Assembly: GCA_023418915.1 (NCBI GenBank)
Contig: JAEZYU010000037.1
Span: 14,349-78,348, forward strand
Source of the DNA: Bacillota bacterium
Lineage (GTDB): Bacteria; Bacillota; Clostridia; Acetivibrionales; DTU013
Direction of reading: 5' to 3'
Length of the DNA: 64,000 nt
This document shows, one piece after another, positions 56,033-64,000 of this stretch. The translations under genes and the position numbers were made by a program. Under the pieces are notes generated by a model. That model was not told the origin of the DNA. It made no database searches and saw only the letters and a program-made list of their open reading frames with translations. The stretch's first letter is position 1. Every line of letters starts with the position of its first letter.

Positions 56033-57844
56033 TCAACCCACTGCCTTTCTAAAGGTATTGTATAATTCCGTAAAACCATCCGGGACCACGCTGCTGTCTG
56101 CCAACATCCTTATAATATAGTCGATTTCCTCAAACCTTTCAGGAGCATGAGCTGCTGTGCGGAGCATCCGCTCATAAACAGCCGGGACCACCGACCCGTC
56201 TTTGTTTGCAAAAAAGCCTGATTGCTGCAGCTTGTTATTTTCAAGAAGCGACAACAGAAAATCATCTCCAAGTAAAAATGAAATATATTCAATAAAATTC
56301 CTCTGATCCTTTATGATACAGCTGATAATTGCACATTCACGATGCTCGGGAATATTGTCGGTATCGATTTTAATAACTCTGTGAACACATGCATTTTCAC
56401 CCTGAGCGGTAATATGATAAAACTCTGAAAGCTGCAATTCATTGAGCCCTTCTATTACAACATGCGGTTCGACCTGCGATGTTTTATTACTGAGCATTGG
56501 TGAAATAGTCAACCCTTCTGTATCACCGAGTTTCTCAAACTTTATGTGGAGATCATACCTGCCATCCGATTCCTTTACCTCTGCATGCGCTTTACTGCGG
56601 CACAAATCCTTGATCCTTCGCTGAAGCATGCTCTCCTCATCGAATGTGTCATTTACTGGCTCATCGGGTATTGCAGTTTCTTCAAACGGATTCTCCTTAC
56701 TGTCCGGATCATTGCCAAACAGATCCTTTTTAAGTACTGATGCGTTAAGATAACGGTTCGGACCGGAAAGCCGAAGCATAAACTCTATATTTGCATTTAC
56801 AGCATTATGCGTTGCATTCATTGAACCCAAATACAATTCACTTGTGGAGTATTTACGGCGTAGATATAGCTTAGCATGGATATCCTGCATTTGCTTCCCG
56901 GAATTGTCGTCAGACAGACATGACTCACCTTCAACTATCATGTCTTTCAGCGTATATATCTTGAACTTGCTGCAATGCTCCGGAGCCAATTTTTGAAGCG
57001 ATGATTTCCGTGTTATAAGATTACAGTCGGGCGCAACAATAACACGGTTGCGCTCATTGAAATCCCGGATCACACTGTCTGACACAAATGGCGAAATTAT
57101 AACGATTTCACGGAAGGTGTCAGTGAATAAGCTATAGTCGGCAATATCATAGCTATCGCCATTCTCATCCTTAATCCCTATAGGAATAAATTCAAAATCA
57201 CTAAAGGCCTTATTGTCCAATTCAAATGAAACGTCCAATACTTCCTTTGCCAATGAATTAAGCATTTTTCTCTTCGATTTCGAATTCCGGTCAGAGCTGC
57301 GTATTTGTGCAGCCAAATATTTGAGAAAATCACATACAGGAACCGAGCGATCGCACCGTTCGCCGCCCAGCGAGCCATCCAGTACTGCCGAAACGTCCCA
57401 GCTCCGGTCAAAGGTCATGTTCCTGCTAAGAACAATCATCCTGTACTTTGATTTTCCCTGGTCATTTATATATTTCAGCAGCCAGAATTTCGGGTGAAAG
57501 GATGGATAACCCTTCATTTTAGCTTTCTTTCCGAGGCTTACCTGAAAAACCATTTTCTCTAATAGGATATACAATGAAGATAGCTTCGCTGGCATTGCTA
57601 TCTGTCCTGATTCACAAAATATCACCACTTTATCTGCAGTCTGCCGGAGCGCTTCAAGCAAATAAACCGGATTTTGCATAAGCAGACTGTCGGAGCTCTC
57701 TGACAGACCAAGAGCTATACACATACCTATCAGCGCATCCATATCAAGTGAATATGTTGTGCCGACTGAAGACTCCAGTTTGTAACCCGGGGGAGGCATA
57801 AGCATATTGCTGTAATCGGAACGGTCGTTGGAAGGATTAAGCAT
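56033..57844 (-). CDS. Phospholipase-D-family nuclease-like protein with two HKD motifs
   Basis: The 603 aa ORF has a first HKD-like motif SFHPKFWLLKY and a second motif DIHAKLYLRR...LGSMNATHNA. Its ATG at 57844 lies 1 nt after the upstream TAA. Confidence 0.8.
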   Translation of the reverse strand: MLNPSNDRSDYSNMLMPPPGYKLESSVGTTYSLDMDALIGMCIALGLSESSDSLLMQNPVYLLEALRQTADKVVIFCESGQIAMPAKLSSLYILLEKMVFQVSLGKKAKMKGYPSFHPKFWLLKYINDQGKSKYRMIVLSRNMTFDRSWDVSAVLDGSLGGERCDRSVPVCDFLKYLAAQIRSSDRNSKSKRKMLNSLAKEVLDVSFELDNKAFSDFEFIPIGIKDENGDSYDIADYSLFTDTFREIVIISPFVSDSVIRDFNERNRVIVAPDCNLITRKSSLQKLAPEHCSKFKIYTLKDMIVEGESCLSDDNSGKQMQDIHAKLYLRRKYSTSELYLGSMNATHNAVNANIEFMLRLSGPNRYLNASVLKKDLFGNDPDSKENPFEETAIPDEPVNDTFDEESMLQRRIKDLCRSKAHAEVKESDGRYDLHIKFEKLGDTEGLTISPMLSNKTSQVEPHVVIEGLNELQLSEFYHITAQGENACVHRVIKIDTDNIPEHRECAIISCIIKDQRNFIEYISFLLGDDFLLSLLENNKLQQSGFFANKDGSVVPAVYERMLRTAAHAPERFEEIDYIIRMLADSSVVPDGFTELYNTFRKAVG

Positions 57845-57845
57845 T

Positions 57846-59051
57846 TTAACTTACCTCCCCTTCAAAAATGTCTTTGATGATCTGTTTAGCACTGTTGAAG
57901 CGATAATCAAGCCGGCCGCCGCCGAACCAGGCATCGGCAGGAAACTCACCAGCCTTTTGAAGCTTGGCCCTGCTTTTCGTTTTCAATGAACACTCCCTGT
58001 TGATGATTATTTCATCCATCGCAGCAACAGCATCCTCATTTCCGTTACTCATGCACTTTTGTACATCCGTAAGGAAGCGATATAATCCGTGATTATGGAT
58101 ATGCAGCCTGCTGAATATCGTTCCGATATCAACATCTGCGTTCCTTGACATGTTGCCCCTGTAAGCTTCCCACTCTTTAACGGCTTCCTCATTATGTCCC
58201 TGCGATAAAATCACATTGTATCTGATCCTCATCCCATAAATAAATTCCGAAGCAGTTTTTGCGAGCAGTATATCTCGCTGCATGTCGGGTGGCAGCAACG
58301 GCAGCAAAACGTTCGCCATATCGTTGAAGCTATCATAGTTTGTGATATCACGTCGATTATTCTGTAATATGAATGCTATTAATGAACTCGGGCAATTGCC
58401 AATGATCTGCCGCTTAAGAAATACAGTCTCAGGTTGTGTCAAGTCAATCCGCAGATTTTCCTGCCATCCGCCATAGCAATATTCCGGCAGTTTCCAGAAG
58501 GTTGCGGCAAACAAACCTGACGCATCGTCGTCATCCCTTTCTCCCTCATCGGCGTCATCCTTACGGTTCAAATGTGCTTTCAGGGTTCCTTTTTGGGATT
58601 TCAACAGGCAGGAGGCTCTCAAATATTCATGATATGTCATTCTGTCATCTGTAAAAATACCGTAGGTCCTTAATCCGCTCCAATAGATTTCGACCGGCGT
58701 CCTTTTGACCCAATTGCCCGCCTTGAGGTTGCGGGCTCCAATTATGCCTTCATCACTGGTTTTCAGCAGCGCTTCACCGCAGCTGCGCTCCAGATCATTC
58801 ATCTTTTGTGCCAAGACTCTGGGATCAGTTATGCTTGTACGCTCCAGATCATACAAAGCATATGGTACGATCAGAAAATACTTGGCTCGTGTCTGGATCG
58901 TTGAAGTTCCGGGGAAGAACACATTCGCAAAGCCATCCCGTATTGGAGCTATTCCAAGTTCATCAAGCGTACCGTCCTCAGACAAAAGATTTATGACATC
59001 CAACACCTTAGCACGTTCTAATTTGGAAAAGTCGACCCACCCCAGTTCCAA
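57846..59051 (-). CDS. 401 aa protein of unknown function (DUF6361-like by recollection)
   Basis: The TTG start follows a strong RBS, GAGGTGG. The N-terminal LGWVDFSKLERAKVLDVINLL...LDELGIAPIRDGFANVFFPGTSTIQTRAKYFLIVPY matches my memory of that family. No search was run. Confidence 0.55.
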   Translation of the reverse strand: MELGWVDFSKLERAKVLDVINLLSEDGTLDELGIAPIRDGFANVFFPGTSTIQTRAKYFLIVPYALYDLERTSITDPRVLAQKMNDLERSCGEALLKTSDEGIIGARNLKAGNWVKRTPVEIYWSGLRTYGIFTDDRMTYHEYLRASCLLKSQKGTLKAHLNRKDDADEGERDDDDASGLFAATFWKLPEYCYGGWQENLRIDLTQPETVFLKRQIIGNCPSSLIAFILQNNRRDITNYDSFNDMANVLLPLLPPDMQRDILLAKTASEFIYGMRIRYNVILSQGHNEEAVKEWEAYRGNMSRNADVDIGTIFSRLHIHNHGLYRFLTDVQKCMSNGNEDAVAAMDEIIINRECSLKTKSRAKLQKAGEFPADAWFGGGRLDYRFNSAKQIIKDIFEGEVS

Positions 59052-59133
59052 TTACGCCACCTCGCAGTTGAAATACACATATATAATTTAATATCGATCG
59101 CTCAATCGTTTCGGCATCGACATTAGTTCTTAT

Positions 59134-59142
59134 ATTATACCA
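59134..59142 (-). promoter_or_regulatory. Candidate extended -10 promoter element (TGGTATAAT) for the three-gene cassette
   Basis: The minus strand reads ATATGGTATAATATAAG, about 80 nt upstream of the TTG start at 59051. There is no good -35 element. Confidence 0.4.
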
Positions 59143-59472
59143 TATTATTTTGCGAAGGAGGGGTGATTCAATGAGGTCATTCAATGCATCTATGTTATTC
59201 AAAAACGAGTATAACAAATGTTTCTTGACCGCGGTCATTACTAATATCTTCCGGTGATATATTCAATATACTCAATATCCGATTCCCTGAACTTGCTTGC
59301 CAGCCTGATTATGAGTTCCTGATAGGTTAGTGAGTGAAATAATATTTAATCCCGTTTTGCTATTTCTTCAAATCTGGTGATCTCTTCATTATGTCGGAAA
59401 GATTCTTCGCCGATAGTGTCGTACCAGAGGTATAGGAGCCTGAATCCTGGTTCTCTCCTGTACCGAACATCA

Positions 59473-59976
59473 TCAAACCACCAATCTATTATCGATCCAT
59501 TTTACCTGAGTTAGTGTTGAATCACCTTTTAGATACAAAGGATATATCGGACAACCCTTCACTGTCAGCCTAAAGCAATGTAGATTGTAACTACATAGCA
59601 TATTAATTACTTGCTGGTGCCTATGTCTATAGCCAGGAATGCTCCTCACTTTATCACCCCAAGCTAACACTATATCTGAATCTACTACCGCTCTCATTAT
59701 ATATTCATCATTTAAGGGGCCAACAGGATCCATTACAAGTTTTAACTGATCCGAATCTGTTGATCTATAAGCAAAAAGATTAACAATTTCTAATGATCCA
59801 TACCCCCATAACTGAGCAAATCCAATGCATCTCCTGGTAGCTGGATCATCGTGATCAGCATCAGCTGTACTTGGATTAAGCATGATGAATGTGACCTTTC
59901 TTTTGCTGGCATCCCACACTCTAGTCAACAAATACCTATATTTACCCGTCGGATCTATAACTGCATCTCTTATCAT
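59473..59976 (-). CDS. DUF1643-like protein
   Basis: GKYRYLLTRVWD...VTFIMLNPSTADADHDDPATRRCIGFAQLWGYGSLEIVNLFAYRS matches the remembered DUF1643 pattern. The start is taken at M8, behind GGAGAGGA. Confidence 0.65.
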   Translation of the reverse strand: MIRDAVIDPTGKYRYLLTRVWDASKRKVTFIMLNPSTADADHDDPATRRCIGFAQLWGYGSLEIVNLFAYRSTDSDQLKLVMDPVGPLNDEYIMRAVVDSDIVLAWGDKVRSIPGYRHRHQQVINMLCSYNLHCFRLTVKGCPIYPLYLKGDSTLTQVKWIDNRLVV

Positions 59977-60149
59977 ATGATCCTCTCCATTAACCAAGCT
60001 ATACTAAATATATTACCATGTTATATCATAATATTCAATATTTGTTATATACTAATTAGTTATCATTCAGACTGTAGCTGTAATGGCTTTGACCATATTA
60101 ATAGGAAACAGCCCACTTCCGCAGGAAATATCGGTTGCCATTAGGAGAA

Positions 60150-60476
60150 TTAGTATGAAAAAAATGAAAAGGTAATCCCATTATCCTCACAAATTTGTCG
60201 GAGTCTTGCAGTCCCGGATAAACCGGAAAAATTGTTTATATGCAGCTTCTCCATCGAAGCTTGTTCAGTATCTTTTTGCAATAATCTATTAAGCTGTTGG
60301 GTATTTTCCTTATCAAAAGAATGGAGGTATTCATAGTCTGAGTCTCCACAGACATTTTCACAAGCTTTGCCTATATCATGGCCCGACACTTTCAGTCAAC
60401 CGTCTATAATCTCAGCCTTAATGAATACATGGACGCCCCAGTTATCTTTTGTGTTGCATAAAGTTACAGTTATCAT
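60150..60476 (-). pseudogene. Small gene (108 codons) interrupted by one in-frame TGA
   Basis: The ATG at 60476 follows GGGGGA. Translation gives MITVTLCNTKDNWGVHVFIKAEIIDG, then TGA at 60396-60398, then LKVSGHDIGKACENV...FSFFSY. The downstream part is the 79 aa track ORF. Confidence 0.45.
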
Positions 60477-60681
60477 AAACATCCCCCAATTTTCCTGCAA
60501 ACAATTTCTATACTCATACAGCCAGTATAATAGGCAGTCCAGGTTCCTACCCCGCTTCAACTCTCCTTTTGTTTGGTATAAAATTATTTAGTTCATTCCA
60601 GTATATTGGCTTTTAACATACTTGATTGTTAGCTTGACAATAATCGAGTAACTTATGATCTTCATCATGAAATTCAGCCAT
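60442..60681 (-). pseudogene. Small gene with four in-frame stops
   Basis: Manual translation from the ATG at 60681 gives MAEFHDEDHKLLDYCQANNQVC*KPIYWNELNNFIPNKRRVEAG*EPGLPIILAV*V*KLF... The pattern resembles a small conserved family with a ..W..L...LP......GWEP.LPLILAAW.. signature. The family name is not recalled. Confidence 0.4.
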
Positions 60682-60795
60682 ATAATATCATCCCGATCTT
60701 TCCTGCCTTTACTATTTTCGAATAACAGCTATTCTAAGGTCATCAAATATAACGTGGTCAACATATAAATATATTCAATAAACAATAAATGAACA

Positions 60796-61404
60796 TCATT
60801 TAAATAGAAGTATAATCCAAGGTGAAATCGCTGCTATTATAGATACACCTAATAATATAAATGTCAACTTACTGTTTTTATCCAACTTCTTATCCTCCTC
60901 ATCAACTTTCTCACAAACCTTATCTATGAGCTTATTGCTTTCGCTTCGCAAATCATTGATTTCATTTGACAAGCCATTAACTTTTTCAGATATTCTGGAT
61001 GCATATTTATCGATCTCTTTTATCACCAGACCAGACTTGCTTTCTAACCCCTCTTTTACCTTCTGAATGTTGTCCAACAATGTCTGAAGCCCACCGGTTC
61101 TGTTTAGCTCTTCAATTACACTCTGCAGTTCGGTTTCTACTCCTTTGATCATATCATGCAGCGTTTGTATCCTGTCCAGTATTTGCGTGCCGCCAATATT
61201 ATTAAATTCCCCGATAATCTTATGGGATTCGGCTGTTAGTTCTTTTGTCCTGCCTACAAGTTCAGAAAGGCTGCTGACCAGACCTTCCATCTGCATATTA
61301 GCATTCTTATACAGAGTGATTTCACCAGCTAGCTGCTCAATATTATCTACCAGCTTTTCTGCATCTTCATGCAATTTGATAAGATTTTCCTGACGGCTAC
61401 TCAT
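60796..61404 (-). CDS. Tail-anchored coiled-coil protein, function unknown
   Basis: The 202 aa ORF is heptad-rich and helical throughout, with internal similarity (IGGTQILDRIQTLHDMIKGVE versus TGGLQTLLDNIQKVKEGLE). It has a single C-terminal TM segment, LTFILLGVSIIAAISPWIILLF. It starts 29 nt after the helicase stop. Confidence 0.6.
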   Translation of the reverse strand: MSSRQENLIKLHEDAEKLVDNIEQLAGEITLYKNANMQMEGLVSSLSELVGRTKELTAESHKIIGEFNNIGGTQILDRIQTLHDMIKGVETELQSVIEELNRTGGLQTLLDNIQKVKEGLESKSGLVIKEIDKYASRISEKVNGLSNEINDLRSESNKLIDKVCEKVDEEDKKLDKNSKLTFILLGVSIIAAISPWIILLFK

Positions 61405-61433
61405 AAAAACCTCCTCTTAAACCACACAGTTTA

Positions 61434-63968
61434 TTATCTGATTTTGTTTATCAAAACTTCTGAGTAATGATGGAATAAACACAAAGCGGGTTCATACAAA
61501 ATATCCTCGTTGTTCGTCTCAGTATACAACAATGCTTTTGCCATGAAAATCCCATCAACATATGTGAAAATTTCCGGTATTATTTCTTGATAAATTTCAG
61601 CACTTCTTTCATAAGCCTTGTTCATCATCCAGGCTAAAATATCATAAACATCACTTTCTTCAACACCGTATAATTCACTAGAGAACTTAATAGCTGCTTT
61701 AATATTCTGAAGTATTGCATTTAAATCATAATCTGTGCAATACAACTCTGATAGTGCTCTAAGCAGCAGCAACCCTGGATGGTCCGGGAATGACTCAAGA
61801 TAACGGGACACCTGACCTCGTATCTCCGCTGCATCCTTAGGTGAACGAAGGCCTCCAACTATTTCACCATCAGTTGTTTCATAGCCATCGATCATTTCCT
61901 TTAAGCATGAAAATCCGATATCCTCACTGTCAAGAATCTTCTCGATTTCTTCTGTATATGAATATTCAAGATATCGCAGAATTCTCTCCCTCATAACTGT
62001 ATCCGAATCATAACTTGATGCTGCTGACTCTGTTATAGCCAGCATTTCATTCAAAGCACGTCTTCTGCCTTTTTCTATTGTTTCATAAATGAATGAAACA
62101 AGCACACGACATGCTTCCATCATAAACTCCAGATAATCCAGGTCACTATAGGCTTCCATCTTTCTTACTTCTTTGAGCACCCTGCTTTTATTATAACCGG
62201 CTACATAGCGTGCATAGTTATCAATAATATCCTGCTTTGAATTTCTGCTGAGATATAACTGGAACTCGTCTGAAGAATAATCCAGAGTGTAATCTTCGAC
62301 AACTCCAAGGATCAGCAATCTGTGAATTGCTTTTTCAATCCTGTTCCTCTCCATATCGGGAACTACAATATTTATTTGTTTTGTTCCCAATCCATCTCTA
62401 AAAATATGCGATGCAACTCTTTCTATATCCCCCATCTCATTTTCTATTCCTCTGAATGAGTTAATGTGAAAGTACATGATCCTAGTTATGTCATCATCAG
62501 TTTCAAAACTTCTCTCTTCATCCATGATCCTGCTTATCTCTTCTGTAGATTGGTTAACATCCAGCAGTTTTTTAGTCCTGACTCTATCATCATTAGACAG
62601 GATAATCAGGCACTCGGATCTTTTCCTATCCCTGCCTGCTCTGCCAGCCTCCTGATAAAAAGATTCAATAGAAGCAGGTATGCCATAATGTATCGTATAT
62701 CTAATATTAGGTTTATCTATTCCCATACCAAAAGCCTTAGTGGCAACTAAAAGGCTTATGTAATTATTTTTAAAATCTGAAGCATTCTTCTTTTTTTGCA
62801 CCTTCCACCTTTCAGATTCCCAATTCCTTGGTGCCTTTCCTGCATAGTATTTCGCATTGATATTGGCCTTTGCCGCCAGTTTTCCTGCCAGCTCAACTAC
62901 GCCATATTTCCCGCCGACATTTGGACAAAACACTATCCCACAGTTTGTAGCATCATCATATAACTGAAAAAAGGAAGAATACGATCTGTTGAATTTATCA
63001 GGAAGATACTTTTGAAGAAGGCCCATCAGTACATTCATTTTCTCCTCTGACCTGCATTGTACGACGTAGTAATGCAGTTCTTTCCGATCAAAGGTCTTTG
63101 GGGTGATAATCGCTTCATAATCATATATCTGTAATTCCCTTTGCACATCCTTTAGAACAGCATTGGAGGCTGTACCAGTAAGACCTAAAATGCAAGGTGG
63201 TCTATCTCTGAATTTGCAGCAGTTTCTACTGGTTCGTGCTATATTAAGATAGGATGTTCTGAAATCATGTCCCCATTCAGACACACAATGAGATTCATCA
63301 ACAGCTACCAACGGTATTGCAGTGCTGACAGTCAGCATTTTTATTGCGTTCCTGAACTCTTCTGTCTGGAACCGTTCCGGTGCGATATAGCATAACAGGT
63401 ATTCACCAAGGCCAAATTTTCTTATTATCTCAGACCTTGTCGCCGGTAAAGCAATATCACTGGTTATCCCCGCAATTCGGTCAATTCCGGCTCTGGCTAG
63501 GTTCTCAATCTGATCATCTATTAACGATATTATCGGATCTATAACGATCGATACCCCCGGAAGAAGCAATGCAGACAGTTGAAACGCTATAGACTTGCCG
63601 CCGCCTGTTGGCAAAAGCACTATGGTATCTTTGCCGGTTAGCGCTCTGGAGATTGTCTCATACTGGCCTTCAAGGAATTTTTCTTTTCGGAAAATATAAT
63701 TAAGAAAAAACTCTAGTACATCAATCTTTGGATTAATTGATGAAGTTATGGCGTTTGATCTTGAATACTGTGATAACAAACGTGGGAATGTTATATCTTC
63801 AATAATAAATCTGGTCAAAGAGGCAGGTAGATTGCCGTTATATGTTATAACGGCTCCTTGTTGCTGGCCGCTGTACCTTTCTAAATGGAACTTAACTATA
63901 TCAGCATCCCATCCATACAGTACTGAAATATTGTATATCAATTCATTTAAATCATCTTGAGCCAGCAT
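61434..63968 (-). CDS. RecQ-family-like SF2 DNA helicase with large C-terminal extension
   Basis: Motif I is LLPTGGGKSIAFQLSALL, followed by IDPIISLIDDQ. Motif II is VAVDESHCVSEWGHDFR and motif III is LGLTGTAS. Motifs V/VI are ATKAFGMGIDKPNIR and YQEAGRAGRD. The ATG at 63968 overlaps the stop (63971-63973) of an upstream ORF that leaves the window. Confidence 0.85.
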   Translation of the reverse strand: MLAQDDLNELIYNISVLYGWDADIVKFHLERYSGQQQGAVITYNGNLPASLTRFIIEDITFPRLLSQYSRSNAITSSINPKIDVLEFFLNYIFRKEKFLEGQYETISRALTGKDTIVLLPTGGGKSIAFQLSALLLPGVSIVIDPIISLIDDQIENLARAGIDRIAGITSDIALPATRSEIIRKFGLGEYLLCYIAPERFQTEEFRNAIKMLTVSTAIPLVAVDESHCVSEWGHDFRTSYLNIARTSRNCCKFRDRPPCILGLTGTASNAVLKDVQRELQIYDYEAIITPKTFDRKELHYYVVQCRSEEKMNVLMGLLQKYLPDKFNRSYSSFFQLYDDATNCGIVFCPNVGGKYGVVELAGKLAAKANINAKYYAGKAPRNWESERWKVQKKKNASDFKNNYISLLVATKAFGMGIDKPNIRYTIHYGIPASIESFYQEAGRAGRDRKRSECLIILSNDDRVRTKKLLDVNQSTEEISRIMDEERSFETDDDITRIMYFHINSFRGIENEMGDIERVASHIFRDGLGTKQINIVVPDMERNRIEKAIHRLLILGVVEDYTLDYSSDEFQLYLSRNSKQDIIDNYARYVAGYNKSRVLKEVRKMEAYSDLDYLEFMMEACRVLVSFIYETIEKGRRRALNEMLAITESAASSYDSDTVMRERILRYLEYSYTEEIEKILDSEDIGFSCLKEMIDGYETTDGEIVGGLRSPKDAAEIRGQVSRYLESFPDHPGLLLLRALSELYCTDYDLNAILQNIKAAIKFSSELYGVEESDVYDILAWMMNKAYERSAEIYQEIIPEIFTYVDGIFMAKALLYTETNNEDILYEPALCLFHHYSEVLINKIR

Positions 63969-64000
63969 AATCAAAAAATCGATATCATCGTCTGATAACA

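Noticed and set aside
59008-59238. A 76 aa minus-strand ORF (MTAVKKHLLYSFLNN...) upstream of, and overlapping, the 401 aa gene.
   Set aside because: It has no convincing RBS. It overlaps the TTG/RBS start of the 401 aa gene by 44 nt in another frame. It also contains the best promoter candidate for the cassette. I could not fully exclude it as a leader peptide.
60150-60681. An alternative genetic code (TGA or TAG read as sense) as the explanation for the in-frame stops.
   Set aside because: All three stop codons occur in frame here. Every long gene in the window, including neighbouring ones, reads cleanly with the standard code. Pseudogenisation is the simpler explanation.

Overview
This 64 kb chromosomal segment has Clostridia / Lachnospiraceae-like gene content: YesMN-type two-component systems, CUT1 sugar ABC transporters, AdhE, and a T-box-controlled aaRS. 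Almost every gene is on the minus strand.

Positions 1-33.7 kb hold three paralogous sugar-utilisation modules. Each has a YesM-like kinase, a YesN-like AraC response regulator, two permeases and a binding lipoprotein. They are interleaved with adhE, a PfkB sugar kinase, a parallel beta-helix protein, an amidohydrolase, a GH95-like hydrolase, a TIM-barrel sugar isomerase and a GH31 glycosidase.

Positions 33.8-39.7 kb are housekeeping: metG behind a T-box leader, and a fused 2-oxoacid:ferredoxin oxidoreductase alpha/beta pair.

From about 39.7 kb to the window end the content becomes a visibly AT-richer defence-island-like region with no integrase or transposase. It contains:
(i) A tightly coupled four-gene operon: a JetD-like Toprim protein, a 585 aa kleisin-like candidate, a 230 aa KITE-like candidate and a 1486 aa SMC/Rad50-type ATPase. 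It is Wadjet-like but has non-canonical gene order and sizes, and is bracketed by about 236 bp direct repeats.
(ii) A decayed stretch with a JetD 3' remnant and a frameshifted, internally deleted MBL-fold gene.
(iii) An AAA ATPase and a leaderless LRR protein.
(iv) A translationally coupled three-gene cassette: unknown 401 aa protein, two-HKD PLD nuclease and SNF2-like SF2 helicase. It is bracketed by about 62 bp homologous segments.
(v) A DUF1643-like gene, two small genes broken by nonsense codons, and a RecQ-like helicase with a tail-anchored coiled-coil protein. That last operon continues beyond the window.

No rRNA, tRNA, CRISPR array or recognisable IS element was seen. All family assignments come from motif reading of the supplied translations and my own manual translations. 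No database search was run.
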